NCBI GenBank assembly: GCA_032718475.1 | Contig: JAUCBJ010000765.1 | Location: forward strand, 1-64,000 | Length of the DNA: 64,000 nt | Origin: Nemertoderma westbladi | Lineage: Eukaryota > Animalia > Xenacoelomorpha | Direction of reading: 5' to 3' | Part shown: positions 1-10,694 of the stretch, one piece after another | Layout of the letters: each line of letters begins with the position of its first letter | How positions within the stretch are numbered: position 1 is the first letter of the stretch | Notes under the pieces: generated by a model | What the model saw: only the letters and a program-made list of their open reading frames with translations | Told to the model about the DNA's origin: nothing | Databases searched by the model: none | Translations under genes and position numbers: made by a program

Positions 1-21
1 AATGTTACTCAAATTAAGTTG

Positions 22-231
22 CTAATTGCTGACCAAATTGTCCAAAACGTCCGGCAACCTAGAGTAACTTATCATTCTTGTGAAAGTGCCATCCAGAGAT
101 TTGATATCCTCTGCAGTTAGAGCCCAGCATGGACTCCCATATAAGAGTGCTGGAGTGCTCATCCACATGCTCAAGCAAGCCATCCCTATAGCATATACCC
201 TTACGATCAGACAATTATTGAGGGCTGTCAA
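22..231 (-). pseudogene. Degenerate non-LTR retrotransposon (LINE) RT C-terminal fragment
   Basis: Translation LLYGSPCWALTAEDIKSLDGTFTRMI resembles the LLYGxExW..L....LD..Y.RMLR thumb-region motif of LINE ORF2 proteins; short and without intact context. Confidence 0.45.
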
Positions 232-880
232 GGTTAACTCATAATTTTGGTCTTCTTGGAGTTTACAAAATGACCAACACTAGAAGCAACCTGCTCCAAT
301 GAAAAGCGGAGCCTTGCAGAAGAGCGCCGCAAACTTCAATACCTTGGGTCATGGATAGAGAGCAGCAGAACAGAGGTAGAAGTTAGAGGAAAGTAAAGGT
401 ATGGGTAGCTCTATCAAAATTAGAGCAATTCTCGTTACCTAAAGACCAATTTCATTCGAATCACAGAAAGTGTACTTCTATACGGGGGCGGGGTGTTGAG
501 ACACTGATGAAATGCGAACTCGCTAGACCTAGTACAAGTAGTAATTAACTCGTTTGAATGTATTACTTTATAAAGTTGAGGTACTTAGACTACAACTTTA
601 TAAACTAATACTTTATATATTAATTTAGTAATTATTAGGTAATTATTAATTAATTAGTAATTATTAATTATTATTAGTAATGATAAATATATAAAACAAT
701 AATTATTATTATATATTGGTTATATTATATATTATATGTTTGTTAAAATGCTACCGTATCTATAAAATCATAATGATGTAAACTCTATTTTACAATAATT
801 ATTATAAAGAAATAAATTGATTATTCGCATTAGGGTAATTCATTAGAATGCACCATTTGCAAAGAACTCGTTACCCACCC

Positions 881-2995
881 TGATAAACAACCGCGACCTC
901 TATACTAACAGCAGAACTGTTGAACAGACCAATACCCGTTAATATTCTTCTGCCAACCTAATGAGCTCTCGCCTAACCAATAAGACACAAAGACTGCTCT
1001 ACTGTTAAGTAAAGGGGCTCAGGAGCGTGATATTACTAAATTGTAAGGGTTGCTAAATACAAAACCGCTACTTACCGTTAGATGGCGCTAATCTGCCGTC
1101 CGCTAATATATTTTACTAATTTTACACAACTCCTGCAAAATCGCTTGTTCCTTTCTCTACCGATTGCTCAATAGAGAGCTAACTGTTCGAATCTATGAGC
1201 CACGCGGGAATAACCAAAACAATAAACCCGAGTCGGCTCCCTAAGCTTACTTGAGACGAGTGCGAGAGGCTTTGCACTCAGAGTATTCTTACGCCTAATT
1301 CTATCACTTATTAAAGCACGCTATTACCTACGTCTTTTCTAATCGCGAATACTGGGGGTTCTCTAACGTAATGTGTGAATGCGAGAATATTTAAATATCA
1401 AAATGGTACAGTATTTGTCTCTCGTGGATAGTACCGCTCTGGGTCTAAACTTGCCTGCAGCTGGCTTTAGGCCAGCAAATCACTAGCGTTTCGTGCGTAC
1501 CGAATAGTGCGTTCTAGCTGATTGCCCGCTAATGCAAATAACCGCTCAGCGTGAATAGTTTACAGTACTCTAATTATTACTTTAGCTACTCTCCGCTATG
1601 CTGCGTACTAATTCTTAATTTTTACTAATCAATTACAGTCACAAATATTGAACAGCGTACTAATTACTAAGAGTTCCAGAATACGTAATTCTAATTTATC
1701 ACGCAACAGGTTTCGCTAGTAATAGCCTAAATTGCCGTATTACTTTGACCTAATCAGTAACTAATTGTTGTAACTAAGAAATAGAAATCAATCAAAGAGA
1801 AAAGAGCGCCTACCTAAACATTCACAATCATAGGCACACTTCAGTAACACACCAATCAGCGTCAGCAATCACAGTTCGCAATTATGCAGTTAACTACTGT
1901 ATAACCCACAATTATGCGATTCACTACTCGTACTCTACACTCAACGTTCGAAACGTTGTGATACGTGCAGGCCTCTCCCGGGTACATATAGGACTCCTAA
2001 CTAACCTGATTCCTGCCCCCCTAATACTAAATAGAGACGAAACCTGGATCATCAGCCCCCTAATTACTGTACCAGCGATAGGTCTGCATACCACATCGTT
2101 AACTTCCCGACCGCAACGGTGGCCCCCGCCAGCGTTGCTCGCCCTTGAATCCTCCGCTCTCCCTTCGTCGCTAACCCCCCGATGTGCCCACTGCCCACTG
2201 GCGCCTTAGCCCTCCATTACGCTAATAGCTACCGTAGCGGCGCATGCAAATCACAAAGTCTGACAGTCTCAGAAATCCCTTAGGATTATTGCGCAGAAAA
2301 GGATCACATAGAACCATTAATCAAAAGGTAGAAATCATAGTTCAGTTGTAATCAGCAGTAATCGAAGGAATTAATTGAGAAACACAAGCAAGAGTAATCG
2401 CACTAGCAAATCATTTCAAGAAAATTAATCAAATTGCAGAAATACACTAAAATATCCGTCAAAAAAATGAATAGAGACAGCTCAGCAAGTACAACAGCAG
2501 TGCAGGTCATGTGAGGTGTAACAGGGGTTGATTAAGGCTCTACCGGCACACCGCCAATTTATAGGTGATCCGGATGGGGTGATGCAATAGGGTGACTCAA
2601 TCGCTCTCCTATTGGCTCTCCAGTCCGCGCTAGCATTAGACCAACCTGGAAGCAGTTAATCCAATAAGGAGGCCGGATTGTAGCCCTATTGCCTGCCCAA
2701 ACCTCAAATTATTACCATATATGGTAATGGTTCACGTCCCTGGCTGCTGAATGGCCATAGGACAGCGTCCCTATATGCTAGCCCTATTGATGCTAATATC
2801 AGCAAGCACAAAATCCAGGGTCCGAATAAACTCGCTACCCTGGAACTATCTACATATATCCTAATACAAAATTACGTAGGTAGGGCTACATACTATACAA
2901 AATGGATGGATTCAAATATATGGGTGTTTCGATTTCCCTATCTAAATACTACTGCGTTATTATGCCTTATCTAAAATATCATGCTGCACAATGGA
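881..2995 (-). repeat. Element A 3' LTR, main part (continues at 14955-15063 after nested element B)
   Basis: Near-identical to 29682-31794; I counted about 5 substitutions and one 2-bp indel by eye. Confidence 0.97.
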
Positions 2996-4267
2996 TGTAA
3001 AAGCTTCTGTGGGATATAACTGGCCCCTTTGCTTCGCAATCCAGTTTCCCCCCAGGCGCTGGAATACTCTAAAAAAGGTTCTCTAACTGTATATATATTC
3101 CCCTCGCCCGCAAGGTACCGTTACAGGTGTTTTAACGGACATAAAAGTCATTCTGCTATATACGTGTTTTAGCGGACATGGTAAGGCAAAAAACCCGCAA
3201 TACGGCAAATACTTTTACACAGCTTAGCCGTGATGATTCAGATTACGACATCTAACAGCTGGTTGCTTAAATGGAAACAGCCATTGGACGCATGGTTCTT
3301 TGTTTGGCTTCAGCCAATCAGAGCGATTCTCTCTGTCGATGTGGAGCTTTGAGCCGATCATACTGGGATTGTTCAGTCTTACAGTTTTTTACTGATACTT
3401 TGTTGTTATTGCTGTCTAAGCCAGAAACAACGGCTCTAGAAAGAAACATTAGTAGGCTTAAGATTATAGAGCGTATGACTGTTATCGGTTCATAACAACT
3501 CACATATCGGTCCATATCAGTGCATATCGCTGTACATATCTGTTCATATCATATCTTAACCTACCGTCTTAATGTTTTACTGTTGTCATATCTTATATCA
3601 GTGGATTGAATATTATTTGGAGAACATTTATAAAGAACCCAAATTTCCCAATTTTCTTGATACACTACAGGTTAGAGAGGCGGGTTATATATATAGCGAT
3701 TGCGACTTATATTATTGTGGTGTGTATTGAATTTAATGCTATTTGATAAACCCTACATGAGTCCGTTGCTATTCTCTTTATATATGATAAAATTCATTGA
3801 CGGTCGGCAAATTAGTGAGCAGTATTGTACGTTACCGGTAGTGTGCATGATTGTGGCTGATAACTAAGCATTTCCTAAAGAATGCGCCTCATACGTGAAT
3901 CATAAGCCTTACCGACTTACCGTTGTGATTAGTATAAGTCATATCTCTGTTTACTTAGATAGAGCGCCACGTCCTAAAAGGAACTGTTAATATTTCCCGA
4001 AAGTGAATAATATTAGTCAGAAATTAATTATTAACGATCAATCAAATAATACAATACCGTAAGCTTCACTGCAATAATAATCTAAGCCGACAGAATCCAG
4101 CCTCCCGGGATTATCCAGCGGGTGAATGGACGCGCACTAGGCTGGCTTCTGCTAATGTTGTGTTTATTGGTATTAAATATTTGTCATCTTCTAAAGTATA
4201 TTTATAAATCAAAAGACATATAAATTTTGGCAGGTTAAACTGCTAAAGGTCTTCAAAAGCGCGTACA
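2996..4267 (+). repeat. Element B 5' LTR (1272 bp)
   Basis: Direct repeat of 13678-14949; about 3 substitutions seen by eye. Confidence 0.97.
3475..3485 (+). promoter_or_regulatory. Putative self-primer 11-mer in B LTR (ATGACTGTTAT)
   Basis: Exact reverse complement of 4268-4278 (ATAACAGTCAT), the first 11 nt after the 5' LTR. Confidence 0.75.
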
Positions 4268-4278
4268 ATAACAGTCAT
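4268..4278 (+). promoter_or_regulatory. Non-tRNA primer-binding site of element B
   Basis: Abuts LTR end; lacks TGG; complementary to 3475-3485; followed by hairpin ACTTTATTGC-agtaa-GCAATAAAGT (4281-4305). Confidence 0.75.
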
Positions 4279-4333
4279 TGACTTTATTGCAGTAAGCAAT
4301 AAAGTTGAAAGTACCGGTCAACCGGTAAACCTG

Positions 4334-4460
4334 AACCGGTACTTCTGTAGGTCAGTAGGCCCAACTGCCAGAACCGGTACTGCTGTAGGTCCGTAGGTCC
4401 AACTGTCAGAACCGGTACTTCTGTAGGTCCGTAGGCCCAACTGTCCTAACCGGTACTTCC
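4334..4460 (+). repeat. About 38-bp tandem repeat (about 3.3 copies) in B leader
   Basis: AACCGGTACTTCTGTAGGTCCGTAGGCCCAACTGTCAG-like units. Confidence 0.85.
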
Positions 4461-4639
4461 AGTATAAGTACATTAGTATTATTCGATTTTGATTATTGTA
4501 TACCGGTAGGTATCGATATTAAATCGGGGACGCCTGGTTTTTATTGGGATTTTACTTAGGTCTATTTCTGTCAGTTTTATTTCCTAGTAAGTTAATATTG
4601 AGCTGAAGACGTGTAAGTCTGCTCAGATTGTTCAGATAA

Positions 4640-5215
4640 TTGTAGGCCGGACTGTTGTTAGATTGTTGTTGAGTTTGGAGAGATTATGGCGTATGTAGAG
4701 TTTGTCTGATAGAGTGCCAGTTAGTAAGTTGGGGCAGCCATAGCTGTAGGGTCAATCCCCTCTTAAAGAATAAGTCGTACTACCGTGTTAGAACGCATAC
4801 TAACTAACTATTTCAGAATCTGCATATACTGTAGTTTATTTAGGCTTGATCGTAGTCTGCCAGCGTTTTAGCCTGTGTTTGTTTGTGTGGTCTGTTCAGG
4901 TACCGTAATAGTTATTACTCAGATATTTTGTAGGCTGGATTGTTGTCTAGCTATTATTAGGTCTGAAGAGATTGCTGCTTGTGTAGAGTTTGTCTGATAA
5001 AGTGCCAGTTAGTAAGTTGGGGTAGTCATAACTGTAAGGTCAATCCCCTCTTAAAGAATAAGTCGTACTACCGTGTTAGAACGCATACTAACTAACCGTT
5101 TTGGAATCTGCACATACAGTAGTTTATTTAGGCTTGGTGGTAGTCTGCCAGCGTTTGGTTTGTATTTTGTTTGAGTATTCTGTACGGGTAGCGTAATATT
5201 TATTATTCAGAGTTT
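4640..5215 (+). repeat. About 290-bp tandem duplication in B 5' leader
   Basis: GTAGAGTTTGTCTGAT...GTCAATCCCCTCTTAAAGAATAAGTCGTACTACC occurs twice (about 4695 and 4983); single copy in element C (about 55360-55590). Confidence 0.85.
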
Positions 5216-6539
5216 ATGCGATTATTCGCAACATTCATGTCCCCAAGTTTATTCCTACAGTAATTGTGTTTGTTATACATACCGTTATAGTTAAATTAAC
5301 CCCGGTACTACACGGGCTGCTTGGCGTAGGACAAGACTGGTGACTTTGTGCTCTGGTCACTCCAGCAGATGCCGTGGTTCTTTTAACTGTTCAAGTATAT
5401 TTAACTACTGATTATTTGTTGTACCAGTACTTGTACCTAATTTAGGGTTTAGTGTACAGTGCTTTCCGAGGTAATTAGTGTGTAGGCAGTATATTTGTGT
5501 TGTAAAGTGGTTAATAGGCACGCTGGATCTGGTAGTCCGCGGTAATTAACTTCTAGGTAGGAACACTCCGTAATACATAACGTAGTACCTATAGCGATAC
5601 GGTTATAGGTCGTCAGGCGGTGGTATTTTCCTATCTGGACAACGCAGTGTATTTACTACTACTTATTATTTTCAAATACCGTAGTACCCTGTCCGTTGTA
5701 ATAACCAGAATTCTAACCCTTTGTTAGGCTGGTTTGTAGACTTCCTGTAAAATTACCCTAAAATTTCGTACGTAATATTTTTGTGGTGTTTAATTAGAGA
5801 TTTAATCTCAACCATATCGTAAGTAATTTGTAGTATTAAGTAACTTAGGTAAATTAGAATTATCAGTTTTAGTGTCAAATAAATAGCACTTCACGGAGAG
5901 CGCACAGCTTCTGTGTAGTGACTCCCCCAGAAATAATAACACCTATTTCAATATTGTAACAAAAACCCCTTTTTAACGGGTATATATCTATTATAAATCA
6001 ACTCAAACGATTTATAAATAGTAGGCCTGCCATACAACAACTAGGTCTCAATATCAGTTGGACTACTGCTTGAATAACGGTAATAAAGTAAGTTAAAGTA
6101 ACCAAGTAACCCTAAAATATTCAGAAATTCAATTATTCTAAAATAATTGACATACCGGTATTTACCATAGGCTTATTATATTTATTTCTATAAATTTGTG
6201 CTGAAATCATACCGGTATTCTGTAATTAATTCTAGTCTGTAATAATTATACTTATATATACTATAAGTGTCAGCTGTATACCGGTATTCACGATAGGCCT
6301 ATTATATATTTATATATATTTGTGCTAAAATTATATACCGGTACTCTGTGACAAATCTAGTCTGTAATAATACTTATATATATACTATAAGCATACCGGT
6401 ATTCTAATATATTATATATATATCACGCTACACTGAGTAGCAGTATCGGTAATTAATTTTTAGGCTAACGGTGATACTGAATTACTAGACTTACTTTGAC
6501 TGTATTTATAGCCGTAGGCATTCAACTGTGTAAACAAAC

Positions 6540-9500
6540 ATGTCAGATGCAACCCAATCACTGTCAGATAGTCTCTTAGAAAGTGTTAGAATGAGTATTA
6601 GACTTAGACAGCGTATTAAAAGGATCTGTGACCAAGATCAAAGTATAGAACATCCCAGATCCAAGTCTAAGTCACCTACTATTGTAAGAAAGGCCACCCC
6701 TACAGTAGTAGTGTCAGACCCTAGGCTAGTAGAACAGCGTAGGTCTATCATCGGCACTTGGGCCCAAGTCAAGCGGGATCAAGAAGCAGCTGTCAAACCG
6801 CAGCAACATCCTAGCCAAGAACCTAGTTCTCAGCGGCCCGATAGCTCCAGTAGTTCGGATACTGCTGAGCGGACACCCGAACGCGGAGCGAAGATGGCGG
6901 ATACGGTTTATGATGAGCGGCCAACCTATGAAGAATCAGCCGACGCCACTTCTTCTCAGGTGGAAAGCAAAGTGGAAAGCGAATTAACAGCAGCAGAGAA
7001 GCCGCGAACTAGAGACGCCATTGACATCTATCTGTCAGACTATCAGCGATTCATAGGAGATGAAGAGTTGAGGAGACGACTGTCTGGACTTCGCCCTAAT
7101 AGTGAAGGAACCAAGCTTGTGTTGGACGCAATCGATGCGGAAATGTTAGCTGCAGAACAAGCTAAATTTGATGAAAAACTCCGCCTCGTTAGATTTCAAG
7201 AAGAACAAATAAAGAAAAAACAGATAGAGAACCGAAAGGCAGCAGCAGTAAAGGCGGCAGAAGCAGAAGCAGCAAAGGCGGCGGCAGAAGTAGAAGCCGA
7301 AAGAAAGGCAGCAGAAGTAGAAGCAAAAAGAAAGGCAGCGGTAGCAGAAGCAGAAAGAAAGGCGGCAGCGGCAATGGCAAAGGCAGTGGCAGAAGCAGAA
7401 CGGAGAGCGTCTGAGGAGATTGCCCAACTGGAGTTGGAAAATCTGCAAGAGACGCAGGACGGCATAAATAGACGGTTAACTGCTAATCAAATGCGGATGA
7501 TGAGTCGATCTACTCCCAAGCGCCAAGGATACACATCATCGGAGGAAGGCGAGACCACCGATCCTGAGGGCGGAGGAAATAGATCTCGTCTAAGCAGGCG
7601 TAGAAAAACATCTCACCGTCATAAACTGCCTGATTTGCCCCCAGCTGTCAGAAGACAACTAGCTAGCACAGACTTAGGTAGTACAGAACCCACAGAACAA
7701 ATTATTCAGGTCACAAGACTCCCTACAATAGTTGATGAGCCTGAAATAATTAGGCCTGTCGTTCCCAAAGCCACTCCTGTGCTAGAGACCCCTGTACTTC
7801 CAGAGCTTAACTCTAAATTCCCTCTACACAGTACTACACTGCCTGTACCCGGTGGAACAGTCCAAGAGAATATCCCTGTCCAGATAGCAGAGAGAGAAAT
7901 CAAAAATTTGTCTCCCGTCGTCCCGCGTCAGCCCGCTACTATGTTGGCGACTCCCGCTTCGGCGGTTGAGTGGGTGGAAGAGGGATGGCGGGGGATGAAT
8001 CTCCTGCTAGGACAGATGCAGGAGACTGTCCACCAACTTAAGGGAACAGTGAGGGAAGGTAGAGCAGAGTTGCAAGAAGTGCAGCAAAGTATCGCGCTAG
8101 AACGCGACAAATTAGTCAATATACAAAAGGGCATACCAATACCCCCTGTAACATTGTGTCAACCTGTTAGGTCTGAAGTATTACATGCGCAAGGTGTGGA
8201 GCCTACACGCATCTATACTGCTAGTGAAGTTGAAACTCCTATAGCAAACCCTATTAAGGGTGATTATAGACCTGTTATTAATGATATTCCCTATAGACCT
8301 GATAATGATCCGAGAAATTTATATACCGATAATTTGATATTAAATAACACGATGGCCCAAGAAAGCTTTACGCGTCAGATGGCTAGAACAGAAGCCCGCC
8401 AAGCGGTCAAAGTGGGAGAGATCGTCAAATTCAATGGAGATGAGATGAAATGGTTACCTTTCAACGAATATTACAAAGATAGCATACAGAACTCTGTACT
8501 ATCTAACGGAGAGAAACTTAGATTCCTCATCAAGTGCTTGGAAGGACCTCCCAAGTTAATGGCGTTAAAGTTTATTGGACATCCAGATGGATTAAGACAA
8601 GTTTGGGATACACTAAACATCAGGTATGGTAACAAGGATAACATAGCTAAGTATTTGTATGCAAAATTAGTAGCCCCCCGACACTTCCTTAGTAGCGGGA
8701 TTATAGAGTTTTCCGATGAAATTCAAGAGATCTGTAGACAACTGGACTGGTTAGGTAAGTCGCATGAATATCAGAGTTCCATGGTTATTGGAGCCGTAGT
8801 CTCTACTTTACCAAAGGGTGGAGTATGTACACGTTGGGACAAGAAAGTGTTGTACATGAATGAACAACAACGACGAAGCCCTACCATGACTGATCTCATG
8901 TCCTTCTTAGATGGTGAAGTAAAACTACAACTCATCAAGCAGTCCAGAGAGAAAACATCGGAAAATAAGGTAAGTGAGAAACCTGCTTCTAGGAGAAGAG
9001 TAACACCGGTGTGTTACACTGACGACGGCGAAGGCCAAGCTTCTCAAGAAGAGGACAGCGGGAAAGACACAGCAAAATCTTACTATGACAACAAGACCTA
9101 TAAAGACGTAAGTAAATACAAGTCTCGAATCAGTGACAGGAGAGAACAGGTAACAACAACTCCTCCTACGTCTCCTAAGAGAATTCACGGAAGAAAGCCC
9201 GAGGAGGGAACGAGGGTGCATAACGTTACCCAAGGTAAGGTGAGTGGCATCAGGCCAAAATGTGCGCTGTGCGACGGGCCCCACCGTTTGAGTGCGTGTG
9301 CTGAATTTCTAAAGAAATCCCCTGTAGACAGACGTACAGTCCTGTGGAATAAGCGGTTATGCTATAATTGCCTCAGATCAGGACACCAACGGCGAACCTG
9401 TTACTCCGACGTAAAGTGTGCAAAGTGTGGCGCGAAACATCACATCTTGTTACACAGTGAGTTCGAACGAGACAACCCGAGTCAGGTAAGTGAGCCCGAA

Positions 9501-10694
9501 CTACATGTCCAATTCAGTGATGTAAATGACACTGATCAAGAGTCTGAGATGGAAGGATTCTATACTGACGAATTCTCCGACGCCAACGAATCCTGTTACC
9601 TAATAAATACCTCAGTGTATCGAGCACTTACTTATGAAAAGGACACCAACAATGAGTTTCCCCCAACTACTTTTGCCAAACAACCATCTTGGAAAGCTCC
9701 AACTTCCAACGTAGGAATCAGAGAATTTCCTGTAGTGCAGGTAAGAGTTCACGGTCCCAACAAAAGTTACATAGTGAACGCCCTCCTTGACTCCGGCAGC
9801 ACAGGAACATTCATCGATCAAGAACTAGCCGAAGATATCTTTGCTGGACAACTCAAATTCCAAACTAAGTTGAATATGTCCGGAATTATGCAGGTTTGGA
9901 AATCTACCATAACGGCAGATTACTATGTAGGTGCGTTGTCCACCCCCCAGGATAAATTAGGAGCACAAAGTATAAGGTCAGTAAAAATGGTGGCTATAAA
10001 GAACTTCGCTACTACCCAAGCAGACCTTTATAATTGGGACGAGGATGAGAGCATCCAACATCTTAAGATACCTCGATTCCAGACAGATTATCCTGGAGTG
10101 CAAATACTCATCGGCCAAAACGCGCATGAGGCGCTCGAGACATTGGAGAAACGGCCTGCTCAACCGCAGCCATTACAAACCTATGCGGTAAGAACTAGAG
10201 TAGGTTGGTACTTCACTGGCCCTTCCCGTAGAACTCTCAAAGAGAGATTACCTCAACAACAGGTATACCAAGTAAAGGAATGGGAAGTGGAGAGCAGTGA
10301 TGTGGGCGATCCAACTGAGGGAACACCATACTCCTCAGATAATGACGATATTAACTCCAATGTAGATCAATGGAGACATTGCCTTGGGACGATTAATCCA
10401 GCCGACATCGCTTCCAGAGGAGCAACTCCTCAAGAACGGATAGATACTCCAGGCTGGTTAGGTGGATCCGACTTCTTAAGTAAAGAAGAAGAAGAATGGC
10501 CTCCTCATCTTACCACGGCGGAGGTTAGACAGGCCAAGGGAGCGGAGAAAGTAACACAACAACTCAATCGCCCAGCTAGTCGTTTATGTTTACTGGAAAG
10601 AGACCAAAAACTGTCCGGAAACTATGGAAGGCAAGATACTCTTCCTACAACCACTTCCCTAATCCGACAAATATCTAGGGACTCCATAACGTAA
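6540..10694 (+). CDS. gag: BEL/Pao Gag-protease polyprotein (1384 aa) with RT, RNase H core and integrase core deleted
   Basis: Ala/Glu coiled coil; capsid-like KFNGDEMKWLPF (DUF1759-type); knuckles CALCDGPHRLSAC, CYNCLRSGHQRRTC, CAKCGAKHHILLH; protease ALLDSGS; only remnants QWRHCLGTINPADIASRG and LNRPASRLCLLE of pol. Confidence 0.93.
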   Translation: MSDATQSLSDSLLESVRMSIRLRQRIKRICDQDQSIEHPRSKSKSPTIVRKATPTVVVSDPRLVEQRRSIIGTWAQVKRDQEAAVKPQQHPSQEPSSQRPDSSSSSDTAERTPERGAKMADTVYDERPTYEESADATSSQVESKVESELTAAEKPRTRDAIDIYLSDYQRFIGDEELRRRLSGLRPNSEGTKLVLDAIDAEMLAAEQAKFDEKLRLVRFQEEQIKKKQIENRKAAAVKAAEAEAAKAAAEVEAERKAAEVEAKRKAAVAEAERKAAAAMAKAVAEAERRASEEIAQLELENLQETQDGINRRLTANQMRMMSRSTPKRQGYTSSEEGETTDPEGGGNRSRLSRRRKTSHRHKLPDLPPAVRRQLASTDLGSTEPTEQIIQVTRLPTIVDEPEIIRPVVPKATPVLETPVLPELNSKFPLHSTTLPVPGGTVQENIPVQIAEREIKNLSPVVPRQPATMLATPASAVEWVEEGWRGMNLLLGQMQETVHQLKGTVREGRAELQEVQQSIALERDKLVNIQKGIPIPPVTLCQPVRSEVLHAQGVEPTRIYTASEVETPIANPIKGDYRPVINDIPYRPDNDPRNLYTDNLILNNTMAQESFTRQMARTEARQAVKVGEIVKFNGDEMKWLPFNEYYKDSIQNSVLSNGEKLRFLIKCLEGPPKLMALKFIGHPDGLRQVWDTLNIRYGNKDNIAKYLYAKLVAPRHFLSSGIIEFSDEIQEICRQLDWLGKSHEYQSSMVIGAVVSTLPKGGVCTRWDKKVLYMNEQQRRSPTMTDLMSFLDGEVKLQLIKQSREKTSENKVSEKPASRRRVTPVCYTDDGEGQASQEEDSGKDTAKSYYDNKTYKDVSKYKSRISDRREQVTTTPPTSPKRIHGRKPEEGTRVHNVTQGKVSGIRPKCALCDGPHRLSACAEFLKKSPVDRRTVLWNKRLCYNCLRSGHQRRTCYSDVKCAKCGAKHHILLHSEFERDNPSQVSEPELHVQFSDVNDTDQESEMEGFYTDEFSDANESCYLINTSVYRALTYEKDTNNEFPPTTFAKQPSWKAPTSNVGIREFPVVQVRVHGPNKSYIVNALLDSGSTGTFIDQELAEDIFAGQLKFQTKLNMSGIMQVWKSTITADYYVGALSTPQDKLGAQSIRSVKMVAIKNFATTQADLYNWDEDESIQHLKIPRFQTDYPGVQILIGQNAHEALETLEKRPAQPQPLQTYAVRTRVGWYFTGPSRRTLKERLPQQQVYQVKEWEVESSDVGDPTEGTPYSSDNDDINSNVDQWRHCLGTINPADIASRGATPQERIDTPGWLGGSDFLSKEEEEWPPHLTTAEVRQAKGAEKVTQQLNRPASRLCLLERDQKLSGNYGRQDTLPTTTSLIRQISRDSIT

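Noticed and set aside
1958-3515. Short ORFs repeated in LTRs (83 aa, 74 aa and antisense partners)
   Set aside because: Their recurrence is due to LTR duplication; no motifs, and the B ORF is not conserved in C
4086-4160. HDV-like ribozyme (CCAGCCTCC...GAATGGAC resemblance)
   Set aside because: Could not build the nested double pseudoknot; covariation supports a different stem
7146-7465. Antisense Leu/Phe/Cys-rich ORFs (also 27026-27289 and 58028-58339)
   Set aside because: Shadows of low-complexity coiled-coil repeats in gag
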